Below are positions 39,873-53,199 of a stretch of 64,000 bases of DNA, piece after piece. A program made the position numbers and the translations under genes. Source of the DNA: Ruditapes philippinarum. Lineage: Eukaryota. A model generated the notes under the pieces. It saw only the letters and a list, made by a program, of their open reading frames with translations. It was not told the origin of the DNA and searched no databases. The stretch covers positions 248,001 through 312,000 of the forward strand of contig NW_026860481.1 of the NCBI RefSeq assembly GCF_026571515.1, in the 5' to 3' direction. Each line of letters starts with the position of its first letter. Position 1 is the stretch's first letter.

Positions 39873-40964
39873 ATAATACTTAATATATAATTGCACGAGT
39901 AGTGTGTCAAATATTATATCAAATAGGGACAACTTGAACCTGGGTGGGTTGAGGATTTGATGTTATTAAATGTTTGTAATATTTGTTGTCATTGATGTCA
40001 AAGTTATAACATTGAGATGGACATGAATTTTGCCGCTCTATTTTTATGTTATAATATTAGGATGAAAGATTTAATAGGCTAACATTTTTCATTTCTCATA
40101 ACATATTTATTTATCTTTGTTTTTAATTTAGTTGCTAACATGGTATCAATAAATCACAGCAGAATTGAGTCTTGAATTTATATACTATATTGTAAAGTTT
40201 ACTTACTTAATAACAATCAAATTACTGACTCTATTATTACATTATTCCTTGTCATATCTAGTCGACTAGTTTTATGCTCAAGGTTAATAATTCAATATGT
40301 TTGTCGTCATATGAAATATCATGTTCATTAATCTGCAGTTGTCTGGTGCACAATGCTGCATATATATTAAAATTTATAACTAAGACATTTATATTTCTTT
40401 CAAGAGTTGTATTTCAAGGCTTCACATTATCAAATATTTATATATTTGTATATATTTGGTCACATGAATTTGTTATTCATTTGAAGCATTATTTGCACTG
40501 TCACTAAACCATATCAATTCCGGATATATCACCTGCCAAATTGTGAAGACAATAATATATTATATAAAATTATGTTGTAATAAATAAAACTTCGTACACA
40601 TCGATATGTGAATTTATATTGCATTTTACATATATGTATTATTAACAACCTGAATGTTGTACTTACAAATATATATTATTAAATTATACTATTTTTTAAA
40701 CAAATTGTTTTAAACAATTAGGGAGTTTTTAGATTGGTTACTTCTGCCGGAACCGCTTGATAAAAAATAAGTTTATCTATTTTATTAACAAAGCAAGGCA
40801 ATAAGTTTAAAATAACTTGAGAAGGAAATATATTTTTTGTAAGAGGAGATCCGTCAAAAATGAAATAGAAGTGTTCTCAATGTTTCAATGAAAGTAAAAA
40901 CTCATTGACTGGCACGCTGTAATTACGTAGTAATTGACGCCTTACATAATGCTGTTTTTTGTTG

Positions 40965-42647
40965 TTTTTTTTTATCCCCCGCCGAAAAGGCGGTGGGGGA
41001 TATAGAAATAGTCTCCGTCCGTCCGTCCGACCTTCCGTCCTTTCGTCCTTCCGTCCGTCCTTCCGTCCGTCCTTCCGTCCGACATTTTTGTCCGGAGCAT
41101 ATCTCTAAAAGTATTTGAATTATCAACTTGAAACTTCATAGGTGGATAGACCTCATTGAGGAGGAGTGCATTGCACAAGAATGATAACTCTACCCTGCAT
41201 AATGTTTGAGTTATTGTCTTTTGTTATTTTTCAAAATTGATTTTTGTCCAGAGCATAACTCCAAAAGCCTATGAGATATCAACATGAAACTTCATTGGTG
41301 CATATATCTCACTCAGGAGGTGTGCAGTGCACAAGAATGATAACTCTACCTTTCATAATTTTTGAGTTATTGCCCTTTGTTATTTTTCATACTTAATTTT
41401 TCACCTGAGTGGAGCAAAACTCAAAAAGTTTTTGAGATATCAACATGAAATGTCTTAGTTGGATATATCTTATTGAGGAGGAATGTTGTGCGCAAGAATG
41501 ATAACTCTTCTCTATACAATTTTTGAGTGATTGCCCTTTGTTCTTTTTCATACTATTTTGTCCAGAGCTTATCTCAAAAAGTATTTGAGGTATCAACTTG
41601 AAACTTCATAGGTGGATGGATCTCATTGAGGAGGAGTGCATTGCACAAGAATGATAAATTTACCCTGCATTATTTTTGAGTTATTGCCCTTTGTTATTTT
41701 TCAAAATTAATTTTTGTCCAGAGCATAACTCAAAAGGCCTTTGAGATATCAAAATGAAACTTCATAGGTGCATAGATCTCACTCAGGAGGTGTGCAGTGC
41801 ACAATAATGATAACTCTATCTTTCATAATTTTTGAGTTATTGCCCTTTGTTATTTTTCATACCTAATTTTTCACCCGAGTGGAGCATAACTCAAAAGTGT
41901 TTGAGATGTCAACATGAAATGTCATAGGTGGATATATTTTATTGAGGAGGAATGCTGTGCACAAGAATGATAACTCTTCCCTGTACAATTTTTGAGTTAT
42001 TGCCCTTTGTTCTTTTTCATACTATTTTGTCCGGAGCTTATCTCAAAAAGTATTTGAGGTATCAACTTGAAACTTCATAGGTGGATGAATCTCATTGAGG
42101 AAGAGTGCAGTGCACAAAAACGATAACTCTACCCTGCATAATTGTTTAGTTATTGCCCTTTTTATTTTTCAAAATTAATTTTTGTCCAGAGCATAACTCA
42201 AAAGGCCTTTGAGATATCATTATGAAACTTCATAGGTGCATAGATCTCACTCAGGAGGTGTGCAGTGCACAATAATGATAACTCTACCTTTTATAATTTT
42301 TGAGTTATTGCCCTTTGTTATTTTTCATACTTAATTTTTCAATTCAATTTTTTTCTCAAAAAGTAATTGAGGTATCAACTTGAAACTTCATAGGTGGATA
42401 GATTTTACTGAGGAGGGATGCAGCACACAAGAATGATAACCTACCCTGCATTATTTTTCAGTTATTGCCCTTTGTTATTTTCAGCCATCAGTATTCACAT
42501 AGGTTTCAAATCTGAAATCACTATAGCCATCAGTTTTCATTACCAAAAGACCTCTTAAAATGGAATTATTCTGCTCTACTACATATACTTTCTTTCAATG
42601 AGCAAACACATTCGGCGGGGGATGGCCATGTTGACATGGCTCTTGTT
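40965..42647 (+). mobile_element. Non-autonomous Helentron-type element (DINE/HINE/pearl-like) with a 9-monomer satellite array
   Basis: 5' T-run, subTIR ATCCCCCGCCGAA (40974-40986) in a hairpin, (TCCG/TCCT)n microsatellite at 41013-41081, ~155-160 bp monomers at 41085-42485, subTIR TTCGGCGGGGGAT (42611-42623), palindrome GCCATGT-TG-ACATGGC, CTTGTT end. Confidence 0.93.
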
Positions 42648-43638
42648 TTGTTTTGTTTTGAATGATCTGCAAATGATGGAAAAGCATTGTTCATGCATTA
42701 ACTTTTATTTGTGCCTGAACGTAAGCTATTGCAAAAGTGTACTTCGTCATACCATATGTGCATGGATTCGTTTAAGGTAGTTTTATGAAAAAAATAGTTT
42801 GTTAAGTATCTTAATTTATGTTAAATTTCTGATGTTGTTTATCTTTTTTATCATTAACTGTGAAGATATATTAGAAGTGCTTGCGGTTTTTAAACCAATA
42901 TTTATTATTATCTTGAACAAATTTCAATAGTTTATTCTTTTATTCCTTGCTTTATTATTATCTTTTCATAATAACGGTAATGTCCTTTCTGTTTTATAGT
43001 CAACTAGTAATATACAATGCACAATTTAACTTTTCGTTCTTTACAAAATGTACGTACGTAGTTATTATCCTATTACAGAAACCCTATATATCACTTTATT
43101 TAATTCAGGGCTTTACTGAAAATTAGAAAAGCTTCAATGGCACTGTGAGCAATTCTTAAAGCGTTAGAATACTATGAGAGGACAAGATAATGCTTTGATA
43201 ATGCTTTAAAGTATGATTTGTTTCATATATTTTTAATAACAATAAATTGTGTGGCACACAAACATATTTTGAATTCGTTACATAAATCTGTTAATTCAAA
43301 TTTAATTCCGCCAAACAAAGCAGAAAAGAATCATCGACATTGTGTCAGATATCAACGTCGACCTTTTTTCTAGTAACGGTTTCTTAATAAACAATAATAA
43401 TTTAGAAAATTTATATTAAACCGGTTATTACAAAGGTTAACAATAATTCCAAAATTGTTTTACGTCGAAGAAACGAAATTGCATTTTTTCTTTAGACGTA
43501 GTCAAGAGTAGTTTTCTTATAATTATCCTAATCATTTATCTGATCAAAAGTATTACTAAACTAATTATAATATTAACATGATTTTAAAAACGTTACAACT
43601 TTACAAGTATATTACGTTTTTGTTGTCATATCCTGACC

Positions 43639-44125
43639 ACTTACACGGAATATGTAATGTCCTCATTCGCGAAACTTGGTAAATAATATAAAATGTATTT
43701 TGTAGGAAAATTTAATTATATCAATCAGGTAAAAGTCATAACTAACAGGAAAAAAAGATCATATCGAAGAACATTTTTACGAAGTATTTCTTTGAAACAG
43801 CACCATCAAGTCGATTATTTTACGCTATTAAAATCATACAAGGGGTAATTTCTTTGCAAGAAATATGTTCCAAAATACCTCAATGCCGAAGGTACACATT
43901 TAACATTGAATTCTTTTTATATCATCTAGCTTTACATCACAGCTTCTACGAATGCCGAAAATAAATTGAAGCCATAAATTCAATCTGATCTTACGATCTG
44001 GCCTGGGAATACTTTGAGATAGATAAATCCATAATTTACTATCCCGTGACACTAATTTGACGCATGCAAGACAAATGATCCACGTGGGTCGAATAATATA
44101 ATTACATATAGTTAGCAACATGAAA
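43639..44125 (-). other. Module copy D6 with upstream conserved hairpin block (44043-44088)
   Basis: 43965-44115 aligns with the reverse complement of 53200-53345 and with 47110-47212. 43835-43875 matches rc 53500-53545. Minus-strand donor GT|GTAAGT at 43644-43639. Confidence 0.6.
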
Positions 44126-44428
44126 TATTTGTGATATTTTCCATTGAAAAGATTACATGAAATTCTATAAGAATTCTTTGGTTTTCCAATAAGTTTGATA
44201 TGACCATGTCCGTTTGTTAATTCGTTTATTTTTAAATATATAAAACGTAAGTGTTGAAAAAGGGCCCTGGTTCATAAACTTATATCATTTAATTGTCTTA
44301 CTAGCTGTCTGTCACTAAACTTAGACTAAAAAATCCATGACAGAAAATCTAAATAATTGTATCCTTTTCTGAAATTCCTGGGTATACTTTTCTGAAATTC
44401 CTGCTTAAAAGAAACTAATTAATTACAA

Positions 44429-45494
44429 TTATTACCCCTCACTTTTTTCGTAATGCTAATTTCCCATAGACCTCTGGGAGTTATTCTTACTGTTAATGCA
44501 AGTGTACCACGTGACTAAGAATTTTGTACTGTTACATAGGTAACAGTATTTTTTAACAGTATAAAATCTGGTCACGTGGTCTATTTTCTAAATAAAATGA
44601 AATAAAATGGCCGCCATTTTTTTCTCGATTCATTCTTATTTTCGACGATAGGGCATCGCCGAAGTAACTATTACTCTGATAAAATTTAGTTCTTTGCACC
44701 CTAGAGTCCCTTTCGCGTATTAAATATCTTTTTGTTGAATAGTCAACAAGAAACATCCGTTTTCAACGGAAGTAATTGTAATGTAAATAATTTTGTGTCA
44801 AACTGGAACATGCAGACAATTAAAGCATGCAACAAAGGATAATTTAACAATTTTAACCAGTGAAACGTTACAGATAGAGTTGGTGGACAGACATCTGTAG
44901 GATATCATCGTTATTTTCTAAATGCACTTTGTCAAAAACCATGCGAAGAATATTCTGGATGCAGAAGGATCAGATTTCACAGATCATAACGTTATAAATG
45001 GGTTAGTGTTTTGTTTTCTGAATAAAACACAGCTTATTTTATGTTTATGACTGGTAGATATCATCACTTGCCTAAAGAATAAAAGAAAAACAGCTTCTCA
45101 AGTAGGCCTATAGTGCACTTAAAACTTGCAAGGTAAGGACAGATTAGTTATTGCTTCTCTTGGCTTATTTTTGTTACAGTTAGATTTAGTTGCCAAATTC
45201 AGATCATCACAGTATTTGTTCGGGGTAATAAAATAAATAACACATGGGTTTGTGGGTAACAGTAAAAATATCATCCCGAGGAAAATACTGTTACCCGAGG
45301 CGTAGCCGAGGGTAACAGTATTTATACGAGGGATGATATTTTTACTGTTACCCACAAACCCATGTGTTATTTATATACTGTTACCTATGTAACAGTACAA
45401 AATTCTGAGTCACGTGGTACACTTGCATTAATAGTAAAAATAATTCCCAGAGGCCTATGGGAAATTGGCATTACGAAAAAGTGAGGGGTAATAA
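44429..45494. mobile_element. Non-autonomous DNA element with ~120-bp terminal inverted repeats and a 140-bp internal palindrome (Crypton-like)
   Basis: TTATTACCCCTCAC...GGTAACAGTAT (44429-44549) is inverted at 45375-45494. Palindrome at 45233-45374 is centred on CGAGGCGTAGCCGAG. No TSD seen and no ORF. Superfamily assignment is inference. Confidence 0.85.
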
Positions 45495-47109
45495 AGTGCA
45501 ATGGTGCATGGGAAATGTTCATTTTTTATTACAATGTACCTGTAAAGAGCGAGCATGCAGACTTTTTATTTTATTTATCCATTTTTATTATTTTTCTCTC
45601 TTGGGATATCAACCACTTGTAGACGTGTATAATTGTTGTTGTAGAAATAATTTTAAATACATCTTCAAATGTATTCAGAGTAAGACAAATAAACTTTAAA
45701 CAATTATCTTTCATCGTCAATGTATTCACAATTAAACTGTGTCTGTGCTTATTGAACCGGAAGTTTATGTCACGTCTTTGATATAAAGCTTCAATTCGTC
45801 TGTTAAGAAAAGCCCTGCAGGAAACCAATTTAGAAAACAGAAAAAATATCGTTTCAACTTATTGGAGGTTATTGTCTGGAGCGAGCGTTTGTTGTCTCTA
45901 TAAATGTGTCACATGATTTAATATTAAATCGAAACATAGAACAGGCAGACTCGCTTATTATTGAGACAAGAACCGCATCTTTAAACAATTTCGTTTTTAG
46001 ATACTGAAAATACTTTCAAGATGACACAATTTTTATTATTCTTATTTTAAAATTTAGTATTCACATTGTATATACATTTTGCATCATCAATTTAGGGTAA
46101 AATTTTTGTTTAAAGTTTGTTCAATTTCAACTTATAGTGATAGTGAGAACATATTTAAACACAAACGTTTTAATGGTATCGTTTCTTGTCAAATACTATC
46201 AATAAATTATGCACTATTATTTTTGTTTATTTAACTTTCACTTGAATAGTTTCCGTTAATAAAGTTCATGTTCATTATCAATTGTATACAAATAAATGTG
46301 GCGACCTGTCATATTTCCCTCCCGCAATTGTTTAGTTCAATTTTGTTAATTTATAATTCAATGTGCGTCACGATGTACATTTAATTTATTTTTATGGAGA
46401 AATACCAGTTACACTTTGTGTATAACATCTATAAATATCACAGCAAAGGGTTTCAGTTGTATGATATGTGTATATTTATATAATTTATATAATTATTCAT
46501 TAGTTATCATTACTCAAGTAAATGCAAGATAAAATATGTTTCCGTTTTTATGCATTTTGGTATCAAGTTAAATGTTAATTTACGAAGAAATATTGCGTTT
46601 AGCTCAATGGAGCTGCAAAACAGTAAATTTATATCTTAACACTTATCTTTCTTACTTAATATGTAAAATGTGTTTTTTTTTATATTAAATGTGTCTTAAT
46701 GTGTCTCCATGTATATATATTTGTCATAAATATGTATGTTTGTTTGAAAGATAATTAACGATAAAGCATGTGTTTCAATAGCTATCGCCCGAAATTACGT
46801 TGATTAGCAGAAATTTCTAGTTAATTTTACGATTTTTTTTCTTTTTATTTTCCGAGTATTTGTAATTGTCATTTTTATCAAACTACATTTCTTTTGATAC
46901 ACATTAAAAAATTATGAAACATGTAATTTTGATAAATACTATGTACGTGTCTTTAAAATTGTTAATGATTAATCTTCACAACATTTTCTTTTCAAATGTT
47001 GCAAAACACGTATTTCCTCGAGCTTGTTTAAAACATTTAGAGTATAACTCAGTCTCTAGTTTCATTAATAAATGGGAATCAAAATCTCAGCCTCACTCTT
47101 CTATTTCTT

Positions 47110-47212
47110 TTGGGAAAAGTATGAGAGATAGATTCATCCAGTATGCACTGTTGTGTGACAGTAATTTGACGCTTGCAAGACAAACGAGTCACACTGGTCG
47201 AATACTGAAATA
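47110..47212 (-). other. Third copy of the conserved hairpin block
   Basis: GTGTGAC-AGTAATTTGACGCTTGCAAGACAAACGA-GTCACAC (47153-47194) aligns with 44045-44086 and rc 53224-53276. Confidence 0.7.
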
Positions 47213-50200
47213 ACTTTTTATAGAGCATCGTGGTGCGAATTACTTGTTAAATTGAAAATGTCGTTAAAAAATGTAAATTAATAACTTGAACGTTTTACTG
47301 TTTAATCAAAACGTATACGTATTTTTATTTTCAGATGATAAAACAAAGGTATACTATACTTGAGTTATATATGTTACTTACAGAAATTTATTGAAATCTA
47401 TGGAATGCTTACTGAATATGTTTAATGTGAATAAAAGAATAAATACACTATGATTGGCAGCTGTGTTTCAAGTAAAATTGGTCCTTTCTAAAGAAAACAC
47501 TGTTTTTTTAAGGACACATAATATTCATATTGTGAGCACCTAATAAAGTGTGTATAATTTTAAACAGAACATTCTACTTTGTTTAAATAAAAACATGTTT
47601 ATTTGATATAAACAAAGCGACTGTGTAACAACTACCAATAGCATCTAATATAAGATTTGAACATATTATATCTTCAAAGAATTGCGTATGATTTTTATTA
47701 GATACAAGGGTTTTGAATACAAAAATAATATTAAATCCATATCATATGATTATTCGGATATATTTTAATTTCAGGTTGTTGTAATCTGTTCAATTAAATG
47801 GGAGCATACAGGTGGAACATTCTGTGAATTATTAGCTGATATAATGCAGTTCTAATTGCAATCTGTAAGCAATAACCAATATCCTCATGTTATGATAAAG
47901 AGTAACATGTTCAAATAGTCATGTTTTTATACATCAAAGTAATCAATGCATTCCATTAGTTTGCAGATACTTATATAAGCTAGAAGTATCTTAACATACA
48001 ATGTAGTTTGTGCAAAACATACAAACACAACAAAAACACACAAAAACTAAGCATAAAGCAAAACAGTGAAATATGTACAGATTGGCAAAACTAAAGATAA
48101 TACATAAGCCTTTTTCCAAGTAAATAAATGATAATAAATAATTTTCTTGTCATCAAACATGAAAAATGTCTTTTGTTACTTCATTGATAATATACATTCT
48201 ATTGTACCACAACGCAATAGTTCAAACATATTTGACAGTAATTGATATTTACAGTGTTCTGATTGTTGTAGATGTTCCATAGATATGTCAACAGGTCTGT
48301 AATAAAGAGCAAAAATAGAAATAAAGGTTGGATCGGATATCGTATTTGTTTTTCAACATAATCAATGCAATTATTCAAGAGCATACTGTAGACGGAGATC
48401 GGATACAACTTCCGTTGCAAGTTAACCCTATGGTATCCATCCACACAGGATAAATAGAAATGCATCAAGCAGGACACCGAACACAAACTTGATAGGCGTC
48501 TTTATTTTAAGTAAATAGCCTATCAACAAGTAAATTTAATTTAATTTCTTTGTTTTTCTACAAGTATTGTTTCTTTAAGCATTGATACTTTAAACATAAA
48601 CTTTAATGCTTTCAATAGTTAACTTTATATTAAATGGAGAACAATAAAAGGTTATATCGAGCATAATAACAAGAACAGCATAACGTGTCAATAAGTGATA
48701 AAGATTCAGACATTATTTACTTCGTATCTTGTTCATTCTTCAGCGATGTACTTGTATAATATCCTGCTATATTCTAGCGGAATGATTATCGTGGAAAACA
48801 AACATTCATTTTTCTAGCGATCTTTGGTCCACAACAGTACTGTTCGATTATTTGGAAATAAAATTAGCCTAAAGTTGTAAAATAATTATCATGACGAATA
48901 TGTCTGAAATGAAACAAAGCGTTGTGTCTTGCCTAATTTAGCACGTTAATTTACCGGATGTTCAATAATGTGTCGGCAAGATATCATTTTAATCAAATTA
49001 CTTCTTGATGAATCGGTGGTTATCATAGGGAAACAATGATTTGATGATGTTATTTTCAAATGTTGTAAAATTATATGTTATGACGATGATATATCACTTG
49101 TGTATACGGTTTGTGTCAATGGATTTTTTTATTTGTCTATGACAGGCAAAACAAGTTATATTTTTAACTTTTTAGGGTATGGAGCTAAATTTTATTAAAA
49201 TGTTTTATAAAGTTTATCAACTGTTACATTAAATTTGTAAATAATTGCCATCACCTTATGGCCAATTTTAAAAAAGTTGTAACATAGAATGTCTCTGTAA
49301 TTTAAAGATTCTGTATGTTTTTATTGAGGTTGTATACCACACTTAAATGAAATTATATATATGTATATATTATTATTATAAAACAATTTTCAAACATCGA
49401 ATAATGTGTAAAATATGCTCTGCAAATATTTGTACATATTAAATGTTATCATTTAATAAAATATATGCATTCATTTCTTATTGAAAAGTTTGACTTAGTT
49501 TTTTTAGAAACTATTTTTATAACCTCCCTTTATTTACATGAAATGTTAAATTCGGTATATTTATAAAAAATGCTTTTTGGAACTTACCAAATTGATAAAT
49601 CTTAATTTGAACATTATATTTATTATATAAAACCAAAGCAAATGTGTTACAGGATCTTTTACACGTGAATATTGTACGTAAACAGTATAAAATGTCCCGG
49701 AATGAATTATACTGCTATTTTTAGGTAGGGTTTTATGCGTTTAGTAATGTTTTTATGCATTCGAATATCGGTTTCAAGGCAATACTAGTATACAACCATT
49801 TGTTCTTGCATACATGCGTGCAGGCATTTTGGAAGCATTTGTTTTCAAAATTCTATCTATAATGTTTGCAGCAGATATATAGCTTTATACACTTTACACA
49901 TTAAAACAACATTTGTTAATAAACCTGAACTCAATTATTCCGTAGTCATGTTGTATAATTTTTGTCAAGTACTCGTATTTGCAAAAAGATTGTTGCAAAT
50001 AATTTATAAATAAGGTAGTATTGTCTTTATATTTATTTCTGAAAATCATTTCATTTTTATGTTTTGTCATAATTTCTCCAAAATTACTGATTGGACAATT
50101 AATTAAACCGTATGTTGCATTTATTGCTTTTGGCAGTATGTACTGTTATAATGATTTATTATTTTGTATGCAAGTCAAACTACTATATTAATTATATACA

Positions 50201-51532
50201 TTGTTTACATTCATTTTGCTACTTTTATGACGAATCATTACACATTCAGCGCTACATTCATTTACTTGATAAGCATCTAACATGCTCTTATACCATATGT
50301 AAACGTTATTAAAGTAATGCTTCCCTTTCTAAAGAAGGGTAAATTTAGTCCTTTCTGGGGCATAATTTGCCTCTTTGAGAAAGGTCGTACATTAATCGTA
50401 GGACATATACTAGCATATTTATTGTTAGGTTGTATAACCTTTGGTAAAACAAAATGAGGGTGAATATCAAGAAAAAATGAATAAAAGTGACAGAAGACAC
50501 CAGTCATTTAGATACATTGGACAGAGAACATGTACAGTGTAGCGACATAGATTTTCAGGCAGTCATTGCTTTTATGACAATTGTCAAACAAGGATTGTAA
50601 TATATGATCCCGAATTATCAAAATACCTGTTAAAGAACCAGGAAAAATCTTAACACTTGAATCAAAGACTGGACAGCTAAAAAATAAAATATAGTATTAG
50701 ACAAGTCCGCATGAAGAAAAACAATTTGACAGGAGACAAATGATTGCAAAAATGTTGTTTCATATTTAATTTAGCTGAAAATAAAACCATTTATATTTCT
50801 TACCCAACTCGTCACCATTATGTTTTACATAATTCTAATACCTCTTTTTTTGTAACATTAGTTAACGATAAGCAAATGTTATTAAAGTTTTATACGACAA
50901 AGAACTTTTTTCTGTTGTTTAAGTAACAGAATACCTCGGGTAAAGCCTTGGTTCTTAGTATTTACTCGGGATGATATTTAACTTATACTCATAAGCGTGT
51001 AATTTAAAAACTAACACTTATACTATAGGAATTTTATAATGATGTCAGATACAATACATTAGGTTGCAAGTGTTGTCCTGTCCGTATAAATTGTAAATAT
51101 GCCAAATGATATAAAAAGATATAAATCTTTAACATCAGTTTTACGTTTGGTTTGTACTCATGAAAAGAATTAGGAAATGTGACATTTTTTTCTGTTAGAA
51201 TGACACTATTGTGCACGATGTTTCCATGACGTTGTTGCCACTGTTATGTACTGATTCGTAATGTGTCTTATATTTTTTAAATAAAGATTCTATTTCACGA
51301 ATTCCCACAAACAAACAATTAAGGACTTACAAAATCATGTTATAACGTCTAGCCCATTCTATATAATTTGTCTTATTTTTACAAACACAGAATAGGCAGC
51401 AAAAATATTTTATTTCCCTCGTATATTGTATTGTCACATTAGCTGATTTTGAACATTTGTCGGTCTGATTGATATTTAAAAAGAGAAGCTGCTTTCCATC
51501 TAAAGTTTTATTTGTTGTCTAGAACCTCTGAA

Positions 51533-52714
51533 TTTTTTATGCCCCCGCCATGTAATGGCCGGGGCATATAGTGTTACCCTGTTCCGTCATTCCGTCCTTC
51601 CGTCCTTCCGTCCTTCCGTCCTTCCGTCATTCTGTCATTCCGTCATCATCAGTTTCCGTTCATTATCTTAAGAACGGTTGGACATATTCAACTCAAATTT
51701 GATATATGGATATGTCATGAGAAAATACAGGTCAAGTTCGAATTTGGTCATGGTTCGATGATTTTTGGCAGAGTTATGCCCCTTTTACTTTGAAAATAAT
51801 ATGAAATTTTCAGTTTCCGTTCATTATCTTAAGAACGGTTGGACACATTCAATTTAAACTTGATATATGGATATGTCATGAGAAAATACAGGTCAAGTTC
51901 GAATTTGGTTATGGTATGATGATTTTTGGCTGAGTTATGCCCCTTTTACTTTGAAAATAATATGAAATTTTCAGTTTCCGTTCATTATCTCCCCAACGGT
52001 ACAATACAATCAACTCAAACTTGACATATTGATATGTCATGAAAAAATACAGGTCAAGTTCGAATTTGGTCATGGTTCGATGATTTTTGGCAGAGTTATG
52101 CCCCTTTTACTTTGAAAATAATATGAAATTTTCAGTTTCCGTTCATTATCTCCCTCAAGGTACAACACATACAACTCAAACGTGACATATGGATGCGTCA
52201 AAGGAATGTGCAGGCCAAATTTACAGTTTCTGTTCATTATCTACCCAACAGTGTCACATATTCAACTTTAATTTGACATATGGATATGTCAAAGGAATGG
52301 GCAGGTCAAGTTGGAATTTGGTCATGGTTTGATGATTTTTTGGCAGAGTTATGTCTCTTTCACTTTGAAAATAATATAGATACATCTTAGGAATAAGCAG
52401 TTTAAGTTTGAATTTGGTCGTGGTTCAATGATTTTAGACAAACTTATCTTTCCTGAATGTTGGAAAAACTTTGAACTTTCAGTTTCACCACTCATTCTTT
52501 TAGCCATTATTTTGGCTACAAATATGCAATATGCTATTTCTAAAAGGTTAAGACTGAATAATTTCAGTGCCTTGAACATTGTATGGAAATGGTTTGTGTT
52601 AACATTGAAAAGTTTTAAGGGCTTTGAACTTAAAATGAAAAAAATAATTAATGCACCATCTGAAATTTTGGCTGCATGCAGGGGCATCCGTGGCATGATG
52701 ACACATTTCTAGTT
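51533..52714 (+). mobile_element. Second HINE/pearl-like element with 161-bp Cg170/BIV160-like monomers
   Basis: T-run, hairpin TATGCCCCCGCCA-TGTAA-TGGCCGGGGCATA, (TCCG/TCCT/TCAT)n, monomers at 51650, 51811, 51972 and 52133 (period 161) plus truncated ones, subTIR GGGGCAT at 52681, CTAGTT end. Confidence 0.92.
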
Positions 52715-53199
52715 ATTCCTAAACCGATATTTTAAAAACGTTTTTCATCAGAGAACTGTGAATATGAAATTTTGTGAAATTCCTATAAAAAGTTTTGTTT
52801 AATGCTTGTTAACATGCGAAATACCTAATTGACACTATTTTGCATTTTTACTTTCAAGATTATATATATATAAGCATGATGAGCTGTTAAAGTGTATTAT
52901 CTTCAAATCACATTTCTGTTCCTTGCATATATGGCAATACGAAACACACGTTTTGGTAATAGCTAATAATTTAATTTAATGGAAACAAATTTAAAATGAG
53001 AAGTGCGTAATATAATTCCAGAACTATTTAATGATCATTTTCTATGTACATGTTTAATTCTTTAATTAGTATGTTTCTTTATTTCTTTATTGCATGATTT
53101 TCATTTAAATGTTCTACCTTTCATGTATAGTTTATGGAAGCATAGAATGCATCCATGCTAAATTTTCTCAGCGGCATCAAATCGTACAATAGTTCATGA

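Noticed and set aside
43900-47213. Conserved block read as coding (…DSNLTHARQMSHVGRII*), ORFs 43900-44121 and 46914-47213
   Set aside because: Every frame checked has a stop in at least one copy close to the block; base-pair covariation explains the pattern better.
47335-47855. Micro-exon 47335-47348 plus terminal exon VVVICSIKWEHTGGTFCELLADIMQF*
   Set aside because: Only generic splice motifs, with no paralogue or homology support.
52349-52712. 115-aa and 94-aa overlapping ORFs; also 40923-41596 ORFs
   Set aside because: They lie inside non-coding HINE elements or microsatellites.
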